A stretch of 64,000 bases of DNA, taken from contig OY761556.1 of the NCBI GenBank assembly GCA_963664705.1, positions 160,001 through 224,000 of the forward strand, read 5' to 3'. Source of the stretch: Acidobacteriota bacterium. Lineage in GTDB: Bacteria > Acidobacteriota > UBA6911. Both the position numbers and the translations under genes were made by a program. How positions within the stretch are numbered: the stretch's first letter is position 1; each line of letters opens with the position of its first letter. Positions 38,166-48,624 of this stretch are shown in pieces. The notes under the pieces were generated by a model. The model searched no databases and was not told where the DNA came from. It was given only the letters and a program-made list of their open reading frames with translations.

Positions 38166-41024
38166 ATGAAGAAACTTACTAGAATGACCCTGATCATCAA
38201 TGGCGTCGAGAGAGCTGTCGTTTGTGACCCCGAGGCAGACTCCTTGACGACAGTTATTCGTCGCTTAGGCCTTACCGGTACGAAATTGGGATGCGGCACC
38301 GGTGTTTGCGGTTCCTGTTCCGTGATCCTGAACGGGAAAGTAATCCGGTCCTGTTCCAAGAAGATGAAAACCGTTGCTGAATTCAGCGAAATTATTACGA
38401 TTGAAGGCATTGGTACTCCACAGCACCTGCACCCATTGCAGCAGGCATGGATCACTTACGGTGGCGTGCAATGCGGTTTCTGCTCTCCCGGATTTATTGT
38501 TTCCGCATACGGATTGTTACAGGAAAATCTGAATCCAACCCGCGAACAGGTTCGCGACTGGTTCAAGAAGCATCAGAATATTTGCCGTTGCACAGGCTAT
38601 AAACCGCTGGTGGATGCGGTCATGGCGGCGGCAAAGGTCATGCGTGGCGAAGCCACCATGAAGGACATCACGTATGATTCCGAGGGAGAGAAGGACATTT
38701 ACGGATCCCGCCGGCCGAGGCCCGCGGCACTTGTAAAAGTGACCGGCCTTGCGGACTACGGCGATGATGTAAAGCTGAAGATGCCCGAAGGAACAGCCTT
38801 CCTGGCAGTTGTCATCTCTGAGGTGCCTCATGCCAAGATTATCAGCATTGACACCAAAGAAGCCGAGGCAATGCCCGGCGTCTATAAGGTCATGACGGCA
38901 AAGGATGTCAAAGGCTCCAATAACATGGCATCGCCCGCAGTCATTCCTCGGCAGAAGGGGAAGGGCATTACCGAGTTCCCGGTTATCGCAGGCAAGAAGA
39001 TCTGCCGGCGCGGCGACGTCGTAGCCCTCGTGGCGGCCGATACCGAAGAGCGAGCCCGGGCTGCCGCCAAAATGGTGAAGCAGAATCTGGAAATCCTCCC
39101 CGCGTATATGACGTTCCCTGAAGCCGTAATGCCGAATGCCATTCAGCTTCACGAAAGCCTGCCGAACTTCTATATGGAACAGCCGGTGTTCAAAGGCAGA
39201 GATACCGTGGAGGTTTTTGAGGAGGCGGATTTCGTTGCTGAAGGAAGCTTCCATTCCCAGCATGAACCTCATCTTCCGATCGAGCCCGATGTTGTTCAGG
39301 GGTATTGGGGAGCGGATGGCATGCTCACGATCCTATGCAAATCGCAATCCATCGATGAATCCAGAGATGCGGTGGCGATGGCGACAGGGGTTCCCAAGGA
39401 AAACCTGCGCATGGTTCTGAATCACGTCGGCGGCTCTTTTGGATACTCCACAAGCTCCAATACCTATGCCCTGGTAGCCACGGCTGTGCAGAATCTTGAC
39501 ATGCCGTGTTCACTGACACTGCGCTACGACGAATTCAATCACATGACCGGCAAACGGTCTGCCACCTTTACAAATGGCAGGATCGCATGCGACAAGGAAG
39601 GCAAAATTACAGCTGCCGAGTATGATATCGCATTGGATCATGGATGCTACGCTGTCGTTGCCGGGCATATCTTCAACAACCTGGTATCCGTTGGATTCCA
39701 CGGCTACAACATTCCGAACTTCAAAGCGCTGGCCCGCGGTGGTTCCTCGAACCACGCATTCAACACCGCCTATCGCGGTTTTGGTTCGCCTCAAATCTAT
39801 ACCGCTACCGAAGCTCTCATCGATATGGTGGCCGAGAAGGTAGGAATGGATCCCTGGGAGTTCCGCTACAAGAATGCGGCAAGACCGGGGGATCTCAGCA
39901 TCAACAGCCGTCCCTATCATGACTACCTCTATCCGGCGCTGCTCGAGAAGATCAAGCCGGTGTATGACCAGTACAAAAAGGAAGCCGAAGCCGCCAAGAA
40001 GGAAGGCAAGCAGGTGGGTGTCGGTTTGAGCATGGGCGGTTTTATTATCACCATCGGTATGTTTGATAAAGCCGAAGTTGCCCTCGAGCTGAATCCGGAT
40101 GGAACCATCACTCACTTCAATACATGGGAAGAGATGGGACAGGGCGGTGATATCGGGACCCTGACACATACGGTGAAAGCGCTCGCTCCTCTTGGCATCA
40201 AAGCCGAGCAGGTGCGACTGGTGATGAATGACAGCAAGGACTGTCCGGATACCGGGCTGGCCGCAGCCAGCCGCTCCCATTACATGGCCGGCAATGCCAC
40301 CATCGATGCCGCAACCAAGCTGATGGATGCCATGCGCAAGAAGGATGGCAGCTTCCGCACATACAAGGAAATGGTTGCAGAGAAAATCGCAACCAAGTAT
40401 GTCGGCCATTATGACCAATTCAACATCGGCCTGCCTCCGGGATTGAACCCGGATACAGGAGAAGGAGAAAAGAATCCGACCTACATGTACGGCGTGAACG
40501 TGGCACAGGTCGAGGTTGACGCGAAGTCCGGCAAAGCCAAAGTCCTCAAGTTTACCTGGGCTGGTGATGTCGGGACGATCGGAAACCAGCTTGCGGTCGA
40601 AGGCCAGGGCTATGGTGGAATTTCCCACTCCATCGGCTTTGCGCTCAGTGAGGATTATGATGCCAAAGATAAACATGGGAATATGATCGGTTGCGGCGTT
40701 CCGCAGATCGATGTGATTCCTGATGAACTGAACCTGATCTTCACCGAGACCAAGCGTCCGGCCGGTCCGCATGGTTCCTGCGGCTGTTCGGAAGTCTTCC
40801 AGAGTTCCAACCATATGGCGGTTATCAATGCCATCAGCGATGCCTGCGGCATCCGCGTCTATTCACTGCCAGCAACTCCGGACAAGGTGAAAGCTGCCTT
40901 GGATGCCAAACAGCGTGGCGAGGAGTTGAAGCCGGAGAAGTACTTCCTGGGTTCCGATTTTGAGGAAGAGCTGGAGTATATCAAGGCAAATCCGATGACC
41001 ACGGGACAACCCGCCGGCCACTAA
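38166..41024 (+). CDS. Xanthine-oxidase-family (MOP-like) aldehyde oxidoreductase
   Basis: Start MKKLT after GAGGA; CGTGVCGSC, QCGFCSPG, CRCTGY, GGSFG, AYRGFG, AASR, GCSE. Confidence 0.94.
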   Translation: MKKLTRMTLIINGVERAVVCDPEADSLTTVIRRLGLTGTKLGCGTGVCGSCSVILNGKVIRSCSKKMKTVAEFSEIITIEGIGTPQHLHPLQQAWITYGGVQCGFCSPGFIVSAYGLLQENLNPTREQVRDWFKKHQNICRCTGYKPLVDAVMAAAKVMRGEATMKDITYDSEGEKDIYGSRRPRPAALVKVTGLADYGDDVKLKMPEGTAFLAVVISEVPHAKIISIDTKEAEAMPGVYKVMTAKDVKGSNNMASPAVIPRQKGKGITEFPVIAGKKICRRGDVVALVAADTEERARAAAKMVKQNLEILPAYMTFPEAVMPNAIQLHESLPNFYMEQPVFKGRDTVEVFEEADFVAEGSFHSQHEPHLPIEPDVVQGYWGADGMLTILCKSQSIDESRDAVAMATGVPKENLRMVLNHVGGSFGYSTSSNTYALVATAVQNLDMPCSLTLRYDEFNHMTGKRSATFTNGRIACDKEGKITAAEYDIALDHGCYAVVAGHIFNNLVSVGFHGYNIPNFKALARGGSSNHAFNTAYRGFGSPQIYTATEALIDMVAEKVGMDPWEFRYKNAARPGDLSINSRPYHDYLYPALLEKIKPVYDQYKKEAEAAKKEGKQVGVGLSMGGFIITIGMFDKAEVALELNPDGTITHFNTWEEMGQGGDIGTLTHTVKALAPLGIKAEQVRLVMNDSKDCPDTGLAAASRSHYMAGNATIDAATKLMDAMRKKDGSFRTYKEMVAEKIATKYVGHYDQFNIGLPPGLNPDTGEGEKNPTYMYGVNVAQVEVDAKSGKAKVLKFTWAGDVGTIGNQLAVEGQGYGGISHSIGFALSEDYDAKDKHGNMIGCGVPQIDVIPDELNLIFTETKRPAGPHGSCGCSEVFQSSNHMAVINAISDACGIRVYSLPATPDKVKAALDAKQRGEELKPEKYFLGSDFEEELEYIKANPMTTGQPAGH

Positions 41025-41057
41025 CGCAATCCCCATAGTGTACACTTACACTAGGAG

Positions 41058-41100
41058 CGCATCCGGGAATCAGAATATAGACTGATTCCCGGATGCGTTT
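41058..41100 (+). terminator. Strong hairpin after the MOP gene
   Basis: CGCATCCGGGAATCAG / CTGATTCCCGGATGCG followed by TTT. Confidence 0.7.
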
Positions 41101-41127
41101 GAATCAACGCATGGGGATGATCTTCGT

Positions 41128-43374
41128 ATGAAGCTTGAGGACGCAACTGCATTTACGTCGCGGTGTTTTCACGGAGAACCTGCATCCTGTTCCTACGCCT
41201 GTCCCTTCCGAATGGATGTCCGTGCCTTCCTGGAAAAGGCTGGTAAAGGGCAATGGGCCGCCGCATACAAAATTCTGCGGAATGCCGTAATGTTTCCGGC
41301 TGTTGTCAGCGCTTTGTGCGAACAGCCTTGCCGGAACCACTGCCAGCGCTCCGTGGTTGGCGATGAGGCGATCGCGGTTCGCGACATAGAAGCCGCCTGC
41401 CTCCGGTTTGCGAAAAACCGCAAACCGCAAGCCTATACCATTCCACCCAAGAACAAACGCATAGCCGTCATCGGGGCGGGACTTGCCGGTCTTGCCTGCG
41501 CTTTGAATCTTGCCCAAAAAAAATTCCCTGTGACGGTGTTTGACCGGGAGCCTGGTTGGGGGGGAGCGCTTCGAACCCATCCGCGTTTTCCGGAGTTCGA
41601 GCAGGATTTCGCGCTGCAGTTTTCCATTGTCAAAACCGAGTTTCAGTATGGACGAGAAATAAAGACCCTGGATGACGTTGCCGAATTCGACGCAGTGTTT
41701 ATCGCGACGGGATCCGGAGGGGATTCATTCGGACTGTTTCAAAGCTGGGAACGCGACCTGCTGACAACAGGTATCTCCAGGGTATTCATGGGCGGAGCGT
41801 TGTGCGGAGCCAATCCCATGGAAAGCATCGTTCACGGCAATGAAGCCTCGATGAATATCGAGGTATTCCTGCAAACCGGCAAAGCCGCACATACCTATGG
41901 ACGATCGAATGCCAATTACTGTGACCGCTATCTGAAACATTCCGGAGCCGTTTCCGTTCCGCGCATAGAGGCGTCAGGATCCGATGGCTACAGTGAAGAA
42001 GAGGCAAAGCAAGAAGCCGGACGATGCCTGCTTTGCGATTGCAACAAGTGCATGATGGCCTGCGAAATGCTCAAGGCCTTTCACAAGGTGCCTCACAAGA
42101 TCGCGGTAGAAGTCTATAACGACATGGGGACCAATCCCCCGTTTTCCGTTCGAACGATAACCAGGGAAGTTTATTCCTGCAATATATGTGGATACTGCAA
42201 GTCCATCTGTCCCGAGAAGGTGGATATCGGCGCATTGCTCCAGTTTTCCCGCGCCGCGCGCTTGAAGGCGGGGGATTATCCTCCCGCTCTGCACGATTTC
42301 TGGATGCGTGAAATGGATTTTGCAACCTCGGCAGGCTCCATCGCCTCCGCGCCCAAAGGTAAAACGACCTGTGAATATGCTTTCTATCCCGGCTGTCAGC
42401 TTGGAGCTTCGAATCCTGATCACGTATTGAAGACTTATGATCTCCTGAGCAGGAATTATGATGCAGGCATTTTCGTCGGCTGTTGCGGAGCTCCCGCCTA
42501 CTGGGCGGGCGAGGAAGAGCGCTTCCAGGCTAATTGTGAAAAGATAAAAAAGGACTGGAAGGATCTTGGCCAGCCAACCATGATCTTTGCCTGCGCAACC
42601 TGTGAGAGTTTATTTCACTCCTTTCTCCCCGAAATCAAGGGAGTCTCTCTTTACCAATTGCTGTCCGAGTCGGATGAGATTTTGCCGGTGCGGGCCTATC
42701 AGGAAGCGGCCGTATTTGATCCCTGTGCGGCCAGGAATGATCAAGGTATGCAGTCCGGCGTCAGGAAGCTGGCGGAGAAGGTGGGGATTGCGCTTGAAGA
42801 ATTGCCCGAATCCAATCGCTGCTGCGGACATGGCGGCCACATCCGAACTGCCAACCCAAGGCTATATGACGAAATCGTCAAAAATCGGAGCGAGGCAAGC
42901 GACAAGCCTTACATCGTCTATTGTGCCAATTGCCGCGAAGTTTTCGCTTCCCGAGACAAGCAGTGTTCCCACATTCTGGACATGGTTCTCGGTATACAAT
43001 CGGAATCCCGTGTGCCGAGCTTGCAGGAGAAGCGGGACAATAGCCTGAAGGTGAAAGGCGTACTGATGAAGAATTTGCAGGATTCTGATTTCAAGCCCGA
43101 ATCCCATGAGTGGGATGATCTGACCCTTGTTATCGGCGATGAATTGCAGAAAAGCCTCGACCGGAAGTTGATATCGGCAGCCGACCTGAAAGAAGCAATC
43201 TGGCATGCTGAAAAATCCAATGAGAAGTTTTATGACGAAAAGGATGGCATGTGCATCTGCAGCATGGTGAAGCCGGTCCTTACCTACTGGGTACAATACA
43301 AGGAAGCCGCTCCCCGGACCTACCGGGTCTTCAGTGCCTATTACCATCGCATGCGCTTCGACAGGGAGGAATAA
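41128..43374 (+). CDS. Pyridine nucleotide-disulfide oxidoreductase / Fe-S dicluster / CCG-domain protein (DVU_1558-like)
   Basis: GltD-like N-terminal Cys cluster, IGAGLAG, CNKCMMAC, CNICGYCKSICP, PGC, CCG twice, CANC. Confidence 0.88.
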   Translation: MKLEDATAFTSRCFHGEPASCSYACPFRMDVRAFLEKAGKGQWAAAYKILRNAVMFPAVVSALCEQPCRNHCQRSVVGDEAIAVRDIEAACLRFAKNRKPQAYTIPPKNKRIAVIGAGLAGLACALNLAQKKFPVTVFDREPGWGGALRTHPRFPEFEQDFALQFSIVKTEFQYGREIKTLDDVAEFDAVFIATGSGGDSFGLFQSWERDLLTTGISRVFMGGALCGANPMESIVHGNEASMNIEVFLQTGKAAHTYGRSNANYCDRYLKHSGAVSVPRIEASGSDGYSEEEAKQEAGRCLLCDCNKCMMACEMLKAFHKVPHKIAVEVYNDMGTNPPFSVRTITREVYSCNICGYCKSICPEKVDIGALLQFSRAARLKAGDYPPALHDFWMREMDFATSAGSIASAPKGKTTCEYAFYPGCQLGASNPDHVLKTYDLLSRNYDAGIFVGCCGAPAYWAGEEERFQANCEKIKKDWKDLGQPTMIFACATCESLFHSFLPEIKGVSLYQLLSESDEILPVRAYQEAAVFDPCAARNDQGMQSGVRKLAEKVGIALEELPESNRCCGHGGHIRTANPRLYDEIVKNRSEASDKPYIVYCANCREVFASRDKQCSHILDMVLGIQSESRVPSLQEKRDNSLKVKGVLMKNLQDSDFKPESHEWDDLTLVIGDELQKSLDRKLISAADLKEAIWHAEKSNEKFYDEKDGMCICSMVKPVLTYWVQYKEAAPRTYRVFSAYYHRMRFDREE

Positions 43375-43379
43375 AAGCG

Positions 43380-43577
43380 GTGAACGCCGAAGAGAGACAC
43401 TGGAAATGCGCGAAGTGCGGGCTGGAACTGGTAATGAAAAAGACGGTGTTTTCCTATCTTGGACAAACCGTTGCTCACGAAGTCCTGGCCTGCCCCCAGT
43501 GCGGGAAAGTGTTTATTGCCGAGGGACTGGCCGAGGGAAAAATGGCTGAGGTTGAGGGTCAGCTGGAAGACAAGTAA
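43380..43577 (+). CDS. Small double-CxxC protein (DVU_1557-like)
   Basis: GTG after GGAGGA; CAKC, FSYLG, CPQCG, EVE..LEDK. Confidence 0.82.
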   Translation: MNAEERHWKCAKCGLELVMKKTVFSYLGQTVAHEVLACPQCGKVFIAEGLAEGKMAEVEGQLEDK

Positions 43578-43664
43578 CACTGGATTCCAGATTTCAATCT
43601 CAGATTATAGATTGCAGACAAATTGGAATCGGCCATTTGCGCAACTAGCGGAGAGATCTTCAGT

Positions 43665-44963
43665 TTGACAGAGTTGATTAGCAAGACATTCAGCCTGTGT
43701 CCGGTTTGCCTCAAGCGGCTTCCTGCGGAAATTGTGAAGCGCGGACAGGAATACTTCCTCGAAAAAGCATGTAAGGTTCATGGCTCTTCTTCCGCGATTA
43801 TCTGGCGTGGCGAGAATCCATCGTTCGAGCGGTGGGGAAATTATGCTCCTTCTGCCGAGCACTCGGGAGTACAGCCGGCCTGTCCTGATCAATGCGGCCT
43901 TTGCCCGGATCACCAGCAAAAGACATGCTGCGCCGTAATTGAAGTAACCAACCGCTGCAATCTATCCTGTCCCTATTGTTTCGCGCAAAGCGGGGCTTCG
44001 CCAGCCGATCCGACGGTTGAGTATCTGGCCCGCTGTTTTGCGGAGCTTGTCGCCAATGGGAATACCTTTGTTCAGTTGTCGGGCGGTGAGCCCACCGTCC
44101 GGGATGATTTGCCCGAAATAGTCGCTGCGGCCAGAACTGCAGGTTGTGAAAACATTCAACTGAACTCAAACGGAATCCGTCTGGGACAGGATAAAGCTTA
44201 TACAAAGGCGCTTGCGGGCGCGGGATTATCTTTTGTCTTCATGCAGTTCGACGGCACCAGCGATTCGATTTACCACAGGATGCGGGGCAGACCATTGCTT
44301 GCGGAGAAGGAAGCTGCAATCGCAGCCTGTTCAGAGGAACTGCTGGGCGTAACGCTGGTCCCTACCCTTGTCCCGGGCGTAAACGACCGGAATATAGGCG
44401 AGATTCTAGATTTCGGATTATCCCGGTCTCCCTCGGTGCGGGGTGTGCACTTTCAGCCGGTCAGCTATTTCGGCCGTTATCCCGAATTACCGCGAGATGA
44501 GGATCGGATCACGCTGCCGGATGTCCTTCGCGAGATAGAAGGACAGACCAAGGGGAAAATCAAAATCACCGATTTTGCGCCCTCCGGCTGCGGCCACCCG
44601 GGTTGTGGCTTCCATGGCGATTTTGTTGTTATGCCCGATTCTCTTGTCCGGCTGACCTGCAGCACGGACGTCCGTTCGTGCTGCGGCAATGACGACACGG
44701 CGCATTTAAGGAATCGAAAATTTGTGGCGCGCCGCTGGAAACGCACTGCCGCGGATTGCTGTGGAGATAAAGATCCGGCCAGCCTCGATGGTTTTCTCAA
44801 TAGAGTCAAGTCGAATGGATTTACAATCACGGCGATGAATTTCCAGGATGCCTATACGCTGGACCTTGAACGCCTCCGTCGATGCAGCGTCCACGTTTAT
44901 GAGAGCGGCAGAACCATTCCATTCTGCGCAAAATATCTGACCGGCTTTCCGACCGAGGGATAA
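43665..44963 (+). CDS. Radical SAM protein, TrsS-like (start approximate)
   Basis: SLCPVC, CGLCPDH, CNLSCPYC, QLSGGEPT, GVHFQPVSYFGR, FQDAY, IPFC. Confidence 0.88.
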   Translation: MTELISKTFSLCPVCLKRLPAEIVKRGQEYFLEKACKVHGSSSAIIWRGENPSFERWGNYAPSAEHSGVQPACPDQCGLCPDHQQKTCCAVIEVTNRCNLSCPYCFAQSGASPADPTVEYLARCFAELVANGNTFVQLSGGEPTVRDDLPEIVAAARTAGCENIQLNSNGIRLGQDKAYTKALAGAGLSFVFMQFDGTSDSIYHRMRGRPLLAEKEAAIAACSEELLGVTLVPTLVPGVNDRNIGEILDFGLSRSPSVRGVHFQPVSYFGRYPELPRDEDRITLPDVLREIEGQTKGKIKITDFAPSGCGHPGCGFHGDFVVMPDSLVRLTCSTDVRSCCGNDDTAHLRNRKFVARRWKRTAADCCGDKDPASLDGFLNRVKSNGFTITAMNFQDAYTLDLERLRRCSVHVYESGRTIPFCAKYLTGFPTEG

Positions 44964-44967
44964 AATC

Positions 44968-45372
44968 ATGGGCGATAGTTCAAAGGATGTCTACAGACTT
45001 GCGATGCAGGGCCTTTGCTGCAGCCAGATCATGGTGAAGGCTGGGCTGGAGGCGAGGGGTGAGGACAATCCCGTTCTCCTGGATGCCATGGCCGGGCTGT
45101 GCGGCGGACTGCATGCCGGCATGTGCTGTGGTGTGCTGACAGGAGCGGCCTGTCTCCTCTCGATGTACGACAAAAAGATCGCCGCGATGAATATGATCCC
45201 CCGGCTGATTGAATGGTTCCAGACAACCTACAGTGAAGAGTATGGCGGCATCAGCTGTGAGGAAATCATCGACAACGATCCGCGCAATAGGAGCGAACGT
45301 TGCCCGAAGATGATGGCGGAAACGCTCGAAAAATGCCGTGAGTTGCTGGCGGAGCATGGCTTTACAATCTGA
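44968..45372 (+). CDS. C-GCAxxG-C-C family protein (DVU_1555-like)
   Basis: CCSQ, GLCGG, CGVLTG, ISCEEI, CP. Confidence 0.85.
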   Translation: MGDSSKDVYRLAMQGLCCSQIMVKAGLEARGEDNPVLLDAMAGLCGGLHAGMCCGVLTGAACLLSMYDKKIAAMNMIPRLIEWFQTTYSEEYGGISCEEIIDNDPRNRSERCPKMMAETLEKCRELLAEHGFTI

Positions 45373-45374
45373 GC

Positions 45375-46709
45375 ATGAAGATAACCCCCCTCGAGCATTG
45401 GGCCTCGCGTAAGCTGGGTATCACGGAGCCTCCGGTCCTGTCTCGTCTTCAGGCCTATCAGCTTGGGAAACTGCGTGACACGCTCAGCCTTGCCATGACA
45501 GGCAGTCTTTTCTATCGGGAGCATCTCAAGGGTATTGATCCCGCCTCCGTACGAACGATGGAAGATATCGGCCGGATCCCATTCACCCGTCCGCAGGATC
45601 TTGTCGACTGTCCCAACGGCTTCATTTGCGTTTCGCCGCAGGACATCAGCCGGATTGTTACCCTTTCAACGTCCGGTACCACCGGCAGGCCGAAGCGAAT
45701 CGCATTTACACCCGAAGATCAGGAACTAACCGTTGATTTCTTTCATCACGGAATGTTGACGCTGGCTCGTCCGGCTGACCGCATCATGATCTTTCTCCCC
45801 GGGCAAACTGAAGGAAGCGTAGGCGATCTTTTAAAAAAGGCTGTTGTCCGGTTCGGTTGTGAAGCGATTATCTTCGGACCGATTGATGACTATGATCGGG
45901 CATTCAGGGCTTTGCTCGATTGCAGACCGGATACTACTGTCGGGATCCCTTCTCAGATGCTCGCGCTCTCTCGATACTGCGGAGCCGATCCGGCTGCCGA
46001 CAGAGTGCAACTCCGAACGCTGCTGCTCAGTACCGATTTCGCTTCGCATGCCGTGGTGAATGCTCTGGAACGGGCATGGGGCTGTGAGGTCTATGACCAT
46101 TACGGGAGCACGGAAATGGGGTTGGGTGGTGCGGTGGAATGCCAGGCTCGGAAGGGCTATCACATGCGAGAGGCTGATCTGCTCTTCGAACTGGTCGATC
46201 CTTCTACGGGGAAACCCGTGGACGCCGGCGAATATGGTGAAGTCGTGTTTTCGACGCTAACCCGCCGCGGCATGCCGCTGATACGGTATAGAACCGGGGA
46301 CCGGTCCCGGATTTTGCCAGAGCCCTGTCCCTGCGGTTCCGTGTTGAGGCGGTTGGAGCGTGTCTCGAGGAGAATTTGCGAAACCATTCAGCTGAAGGAT
46401 GGGACATCCGTATCCATCGGTCAGCTCGACGAGATTCTTTTCTCCGACCCTTCCGTTTCCGCCTATGCGGCGGAAATCTGTCTCAAAGACGGCCACGATT
46501 TTCTTTCTCTGACCGTGCGGTCGACCCTGGCATCGTTTTGTGGTGAAAAGATCCGGGCTGCGTTTGAGCAGGATCCCGCGTTTGGCAATCTCATTAGCCG
46601 GCGATGTCTGGGGCTGGATGTGCAATTGGGGGATGCCGGATTCTTTACGACCGGTACCGCCAAACGCTTTATTGCCGACAGACGGGCTCTGCAGCCGGAA
46701 CTTCTGTGA
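45375..46709 (+). CDS. Phenylacetate-CoA-ligase-like AMP-forming enzyme (DVU_1553-like)
   Basis: TSGTTGRPKR, HYGSTE, GEVVFSTL, PLIRYRTGD, CPCG. Confidence 0.9.
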   Translation: MKITPLEHWASRKLGITEPPVLSRLQAYQLGKLRDTLSLAMTGSLFYREHLKGIDPASVRTMEDIGRIPFTRPQDLVDCPNGFICVSPQDISRIVTLSTSGTTGRPKRIAFTPEDQELTVDFFHHGMLTLARPADRIMIFLPGQTEGSVGDLLKKAVVRFGCEAIIFGPIDDYDRAFRALLDCRPDTTVGIPSQMLALSRYCGADPAADRVQLRTLLLSTDFASHAVVNALERAWGCEVYDHYGSTEMGLGGAVECQARKGYHMREADLLFELVDPSTGKPVDAGEYGEVVFSTLTRRGMPLIRYRTGDRSRILPEPCPCGSVLRRLERVSRRICETIQLKDGTSVSIGQLDEILFSDPSVSAYAAEICLKDGHDFLSLTVRSTLASFCGEKIRAAFEQDPAFGNLISRRCLGLDVQLGDAGFFTTGTAKRFIADRRALQPELL

Positions 46710-46763
46710 GATTTGCCGAATTCGTGGCTGCATTTTCGAAAGGCTGTGATATTTTTCCCGTCG

Positions 46764-47597
46764 ATGGCCAGAGATATATTTGCTGAAATTGTGGATCTTC
46801 GCTCCAGGGGGCTGCGCGCGGCGCTTGCCACTATCATTGCTACCAAAGGAGCCACTCCGCGCAAAGACTCCTCTAAAATGCTCATCTATGAAGACGGTCG
46901 CCGTTCTGGGACAATCGGTGGCGGATTTACCGAGGCAGAGGTTTGCCGCGAAGCCTTGCTTGCGCTCAGAACCGGAAAACCGAAGCTGCTGAGTTTTGAC
47001 CTCACCGGTGTCGATCACGAAGAGAGTGCGCTTGTTTGCGGAGGCTTTATGCAGGTTTATGTGGAGCCGGTCCTTCCCGATCCAACGCTCTTTATTTTTG
47101 GAGCGGGGTTTGTCAGCAAGGCTGTTGCGGAGGTCGCCCGGTTTGCCGGGTTCAGAATAGCCATCGTGGACGATCGGATTGAGAATGCCAATCCTGATAA
47201 TTTCGGCCACGCCGATGATTTCTATGTCGATGCATGGGAAGAAATTTTTAAAAGACTGCCGGTTAATCCATCATCGTTTTTGTTTATCGCTACGCGTGGA
47301 CACCAACTGGATTTGCTTTGCCTGAGATATGCGGTGAAATCGCCAGCCAGGTACATCGGGATCCTGGGTAGTTCAAGGAAAACGCAATCGCTCTTTGACG
47401 TGCTTGAAAAGGAAGGGATCGATCGCTCGGAATTCAAACGGGTCTTTGTCCCGGTGGGGATCGATATCGCGGCAGAAACCGCCGAGGAAATCGCCATAAG
47501 CCTGGTGGCCGAACTCATCGCAATCCGAAAGAACCTCGATATCCAGTCCATACGGGATACGGTGCGTCGTATCCGCAACGCACCTGCTTCAACCTAG
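46764..47597 (+). CDS. xdhC: XdhC/CoxI-family Moco chaperone
   Basis: GATPR, GTIGGG, CGG, FGAG, TRGH, YIGILGS, PVGIDI, EEIAIS. Confidence 0.92.
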   Translation: MARDIFAEIVDLRSRGLRAALATIIATKGATPRKDSSKMLIYEDGRRSGTIGGGFTEAEVCREALLALRTGKPKLLSFDLTGVDHEESALVCGGFMQVYVEPVLPDPTLFIFGAGFVSKAVAEVARFAGFRIAIVDDRIENANPDNFGHADDFYVDAWEEIFKRLPVNPSSFLFIATRGHQLDLLCLRYAVKSPARYIGILGSSRKTQSLFDVLEKEGIDRSEFKRVFVPVGIDIAAETAEEIAISLVAELIAIRKNLDIQSIRDTVRRIRNAPAST

Positions 47598-47685
47598 CAT
47601 CCAATCTTGGATTGTTTATGGCATAAGCATAGCCCTGCCCCCTTTCCATTTGATCCGGATGAGAACCGCGCGCATCTTAGTATTT

Positions 47686-48546
47686 ATGAGAAAAGTGTTT
47701 TTCCATTTGGCCGGCGTGCTCATTCTTCTGCATCAGGTTCCACTTTCCGATGTCCGGGCTCAGCAGCGGCAGTCACGGTCTATTGACGAGGCAGCATACG
47801 GATCAAAGTTCTTCGACCAGTTGCATGCGCTTTTCGGGCGGTTTCAGGATTCGGATCTGCAGCAGGCATTTCGCGATGCCCAGGAAATCCAGTGTTCTGA
47901 GCTTGTGGGCCGCACCGGCCAATGGCGGCCTGTCGCTTTCTTCAACGAAGACCACAGCCTCGGAGCTTGGCATCGCTCCAATATTGGCGAGGTGAAATCT
48001 GACCTGCAGGTATATACCTTTCAGGGAGATTGTGCGGAGAATGGTCGCATGGAGGTGGCATCCGAATTCCCCACGGAATCAAGTTATGAGCAATATAGAA
48101 ACTATAGGATCGACATCGACCAGGTCGACGTAATGGTGAATGATCCCGTCAAGGTCGCAATGAATTCCCAAACGAAGGCGTATACTTTCGAATTGCCCTA
48201 CCTGTTTCTAAAGGCCGATGGTGCGAGAAAAGTATACAGCCTTACCGCGCCGGACAGGAGCACCGCCTATGCGTCGGAAGTCAAGAGCCGTTGGGAATGC
48301 AAGGCGGTTTCGTCGAAAGATCTGACCTATCGTTTCCTGATCTGCAGGGTGAACACCGTTCCCCGGCGTGCTCTCCGTCGAAATGAGACGTGGGAGCCCA
48401 CGTTCGGATCCTCCGCGTTTTTCATCCTATCAGATGGTACAGAAGCCAAAGCCAGCGTGAATATGACCTTTGGAGATGAGCCCAAGGATAAACCGGAAGA
48501 TGTTCCCGCTTCCAAAGCCCCAGAACGTCCACGCCTGAAGCGATGA
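47686..48546 (+). CDS. Exported hypothetical protein
   Basis: Signal-peptide-like N-terminus; only long ORF in the interval. Confidence 0.7.
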   Translation: MRKVFFHLAGVLILLHQVPLSDVRAQQRQSRSIDEAAYGSKFFDQLHALFGRFQDSDLQQAFRDAQEIQCSELVGRTGQWRPVAFFNEDHSLGAWHRSNIGEVKSDLQVYTFQGDCAENGRMEVASEFPTESSYEQYRNYRIDIDQVDVMVNDPVKVAMNSQTKAYTFELPYLFLKADGARKVYSLTAPDRSTAYASEVKSRWECKAVSSKDLTYRFLICRVNTVPRRALRRNETWEPTFGSSAFFILSDGTEAKASVNMTFGDEPKDKPEDVPASKAPERPRLKR

Positions 48547-48624
48547 TAGCTGGATGTGACCTGCGGGCATGCGCGTCAAGTCAAGCCTGCGGAGTTGGAA
48601 CCAGCGAGCCCTAAAAGTCGACTG

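Noticed and set aside
39510-40814. Long antisense ORFs (also 20051..21139, 58044..59123, 62563..63642, 3133..4101)
   Set aside because: Shadows of well-supported genes on the opposite strand, with no recognisable motifs.
43582-43630. Short GATTNCA-like repeats
   Set aside because: Too short and degenerate to assign a function.
43665-45372. Selenocysteine read-through
   Set aside because: ORFs are full length with no internal TGA, and the TGA stops fall at expected C-termini.
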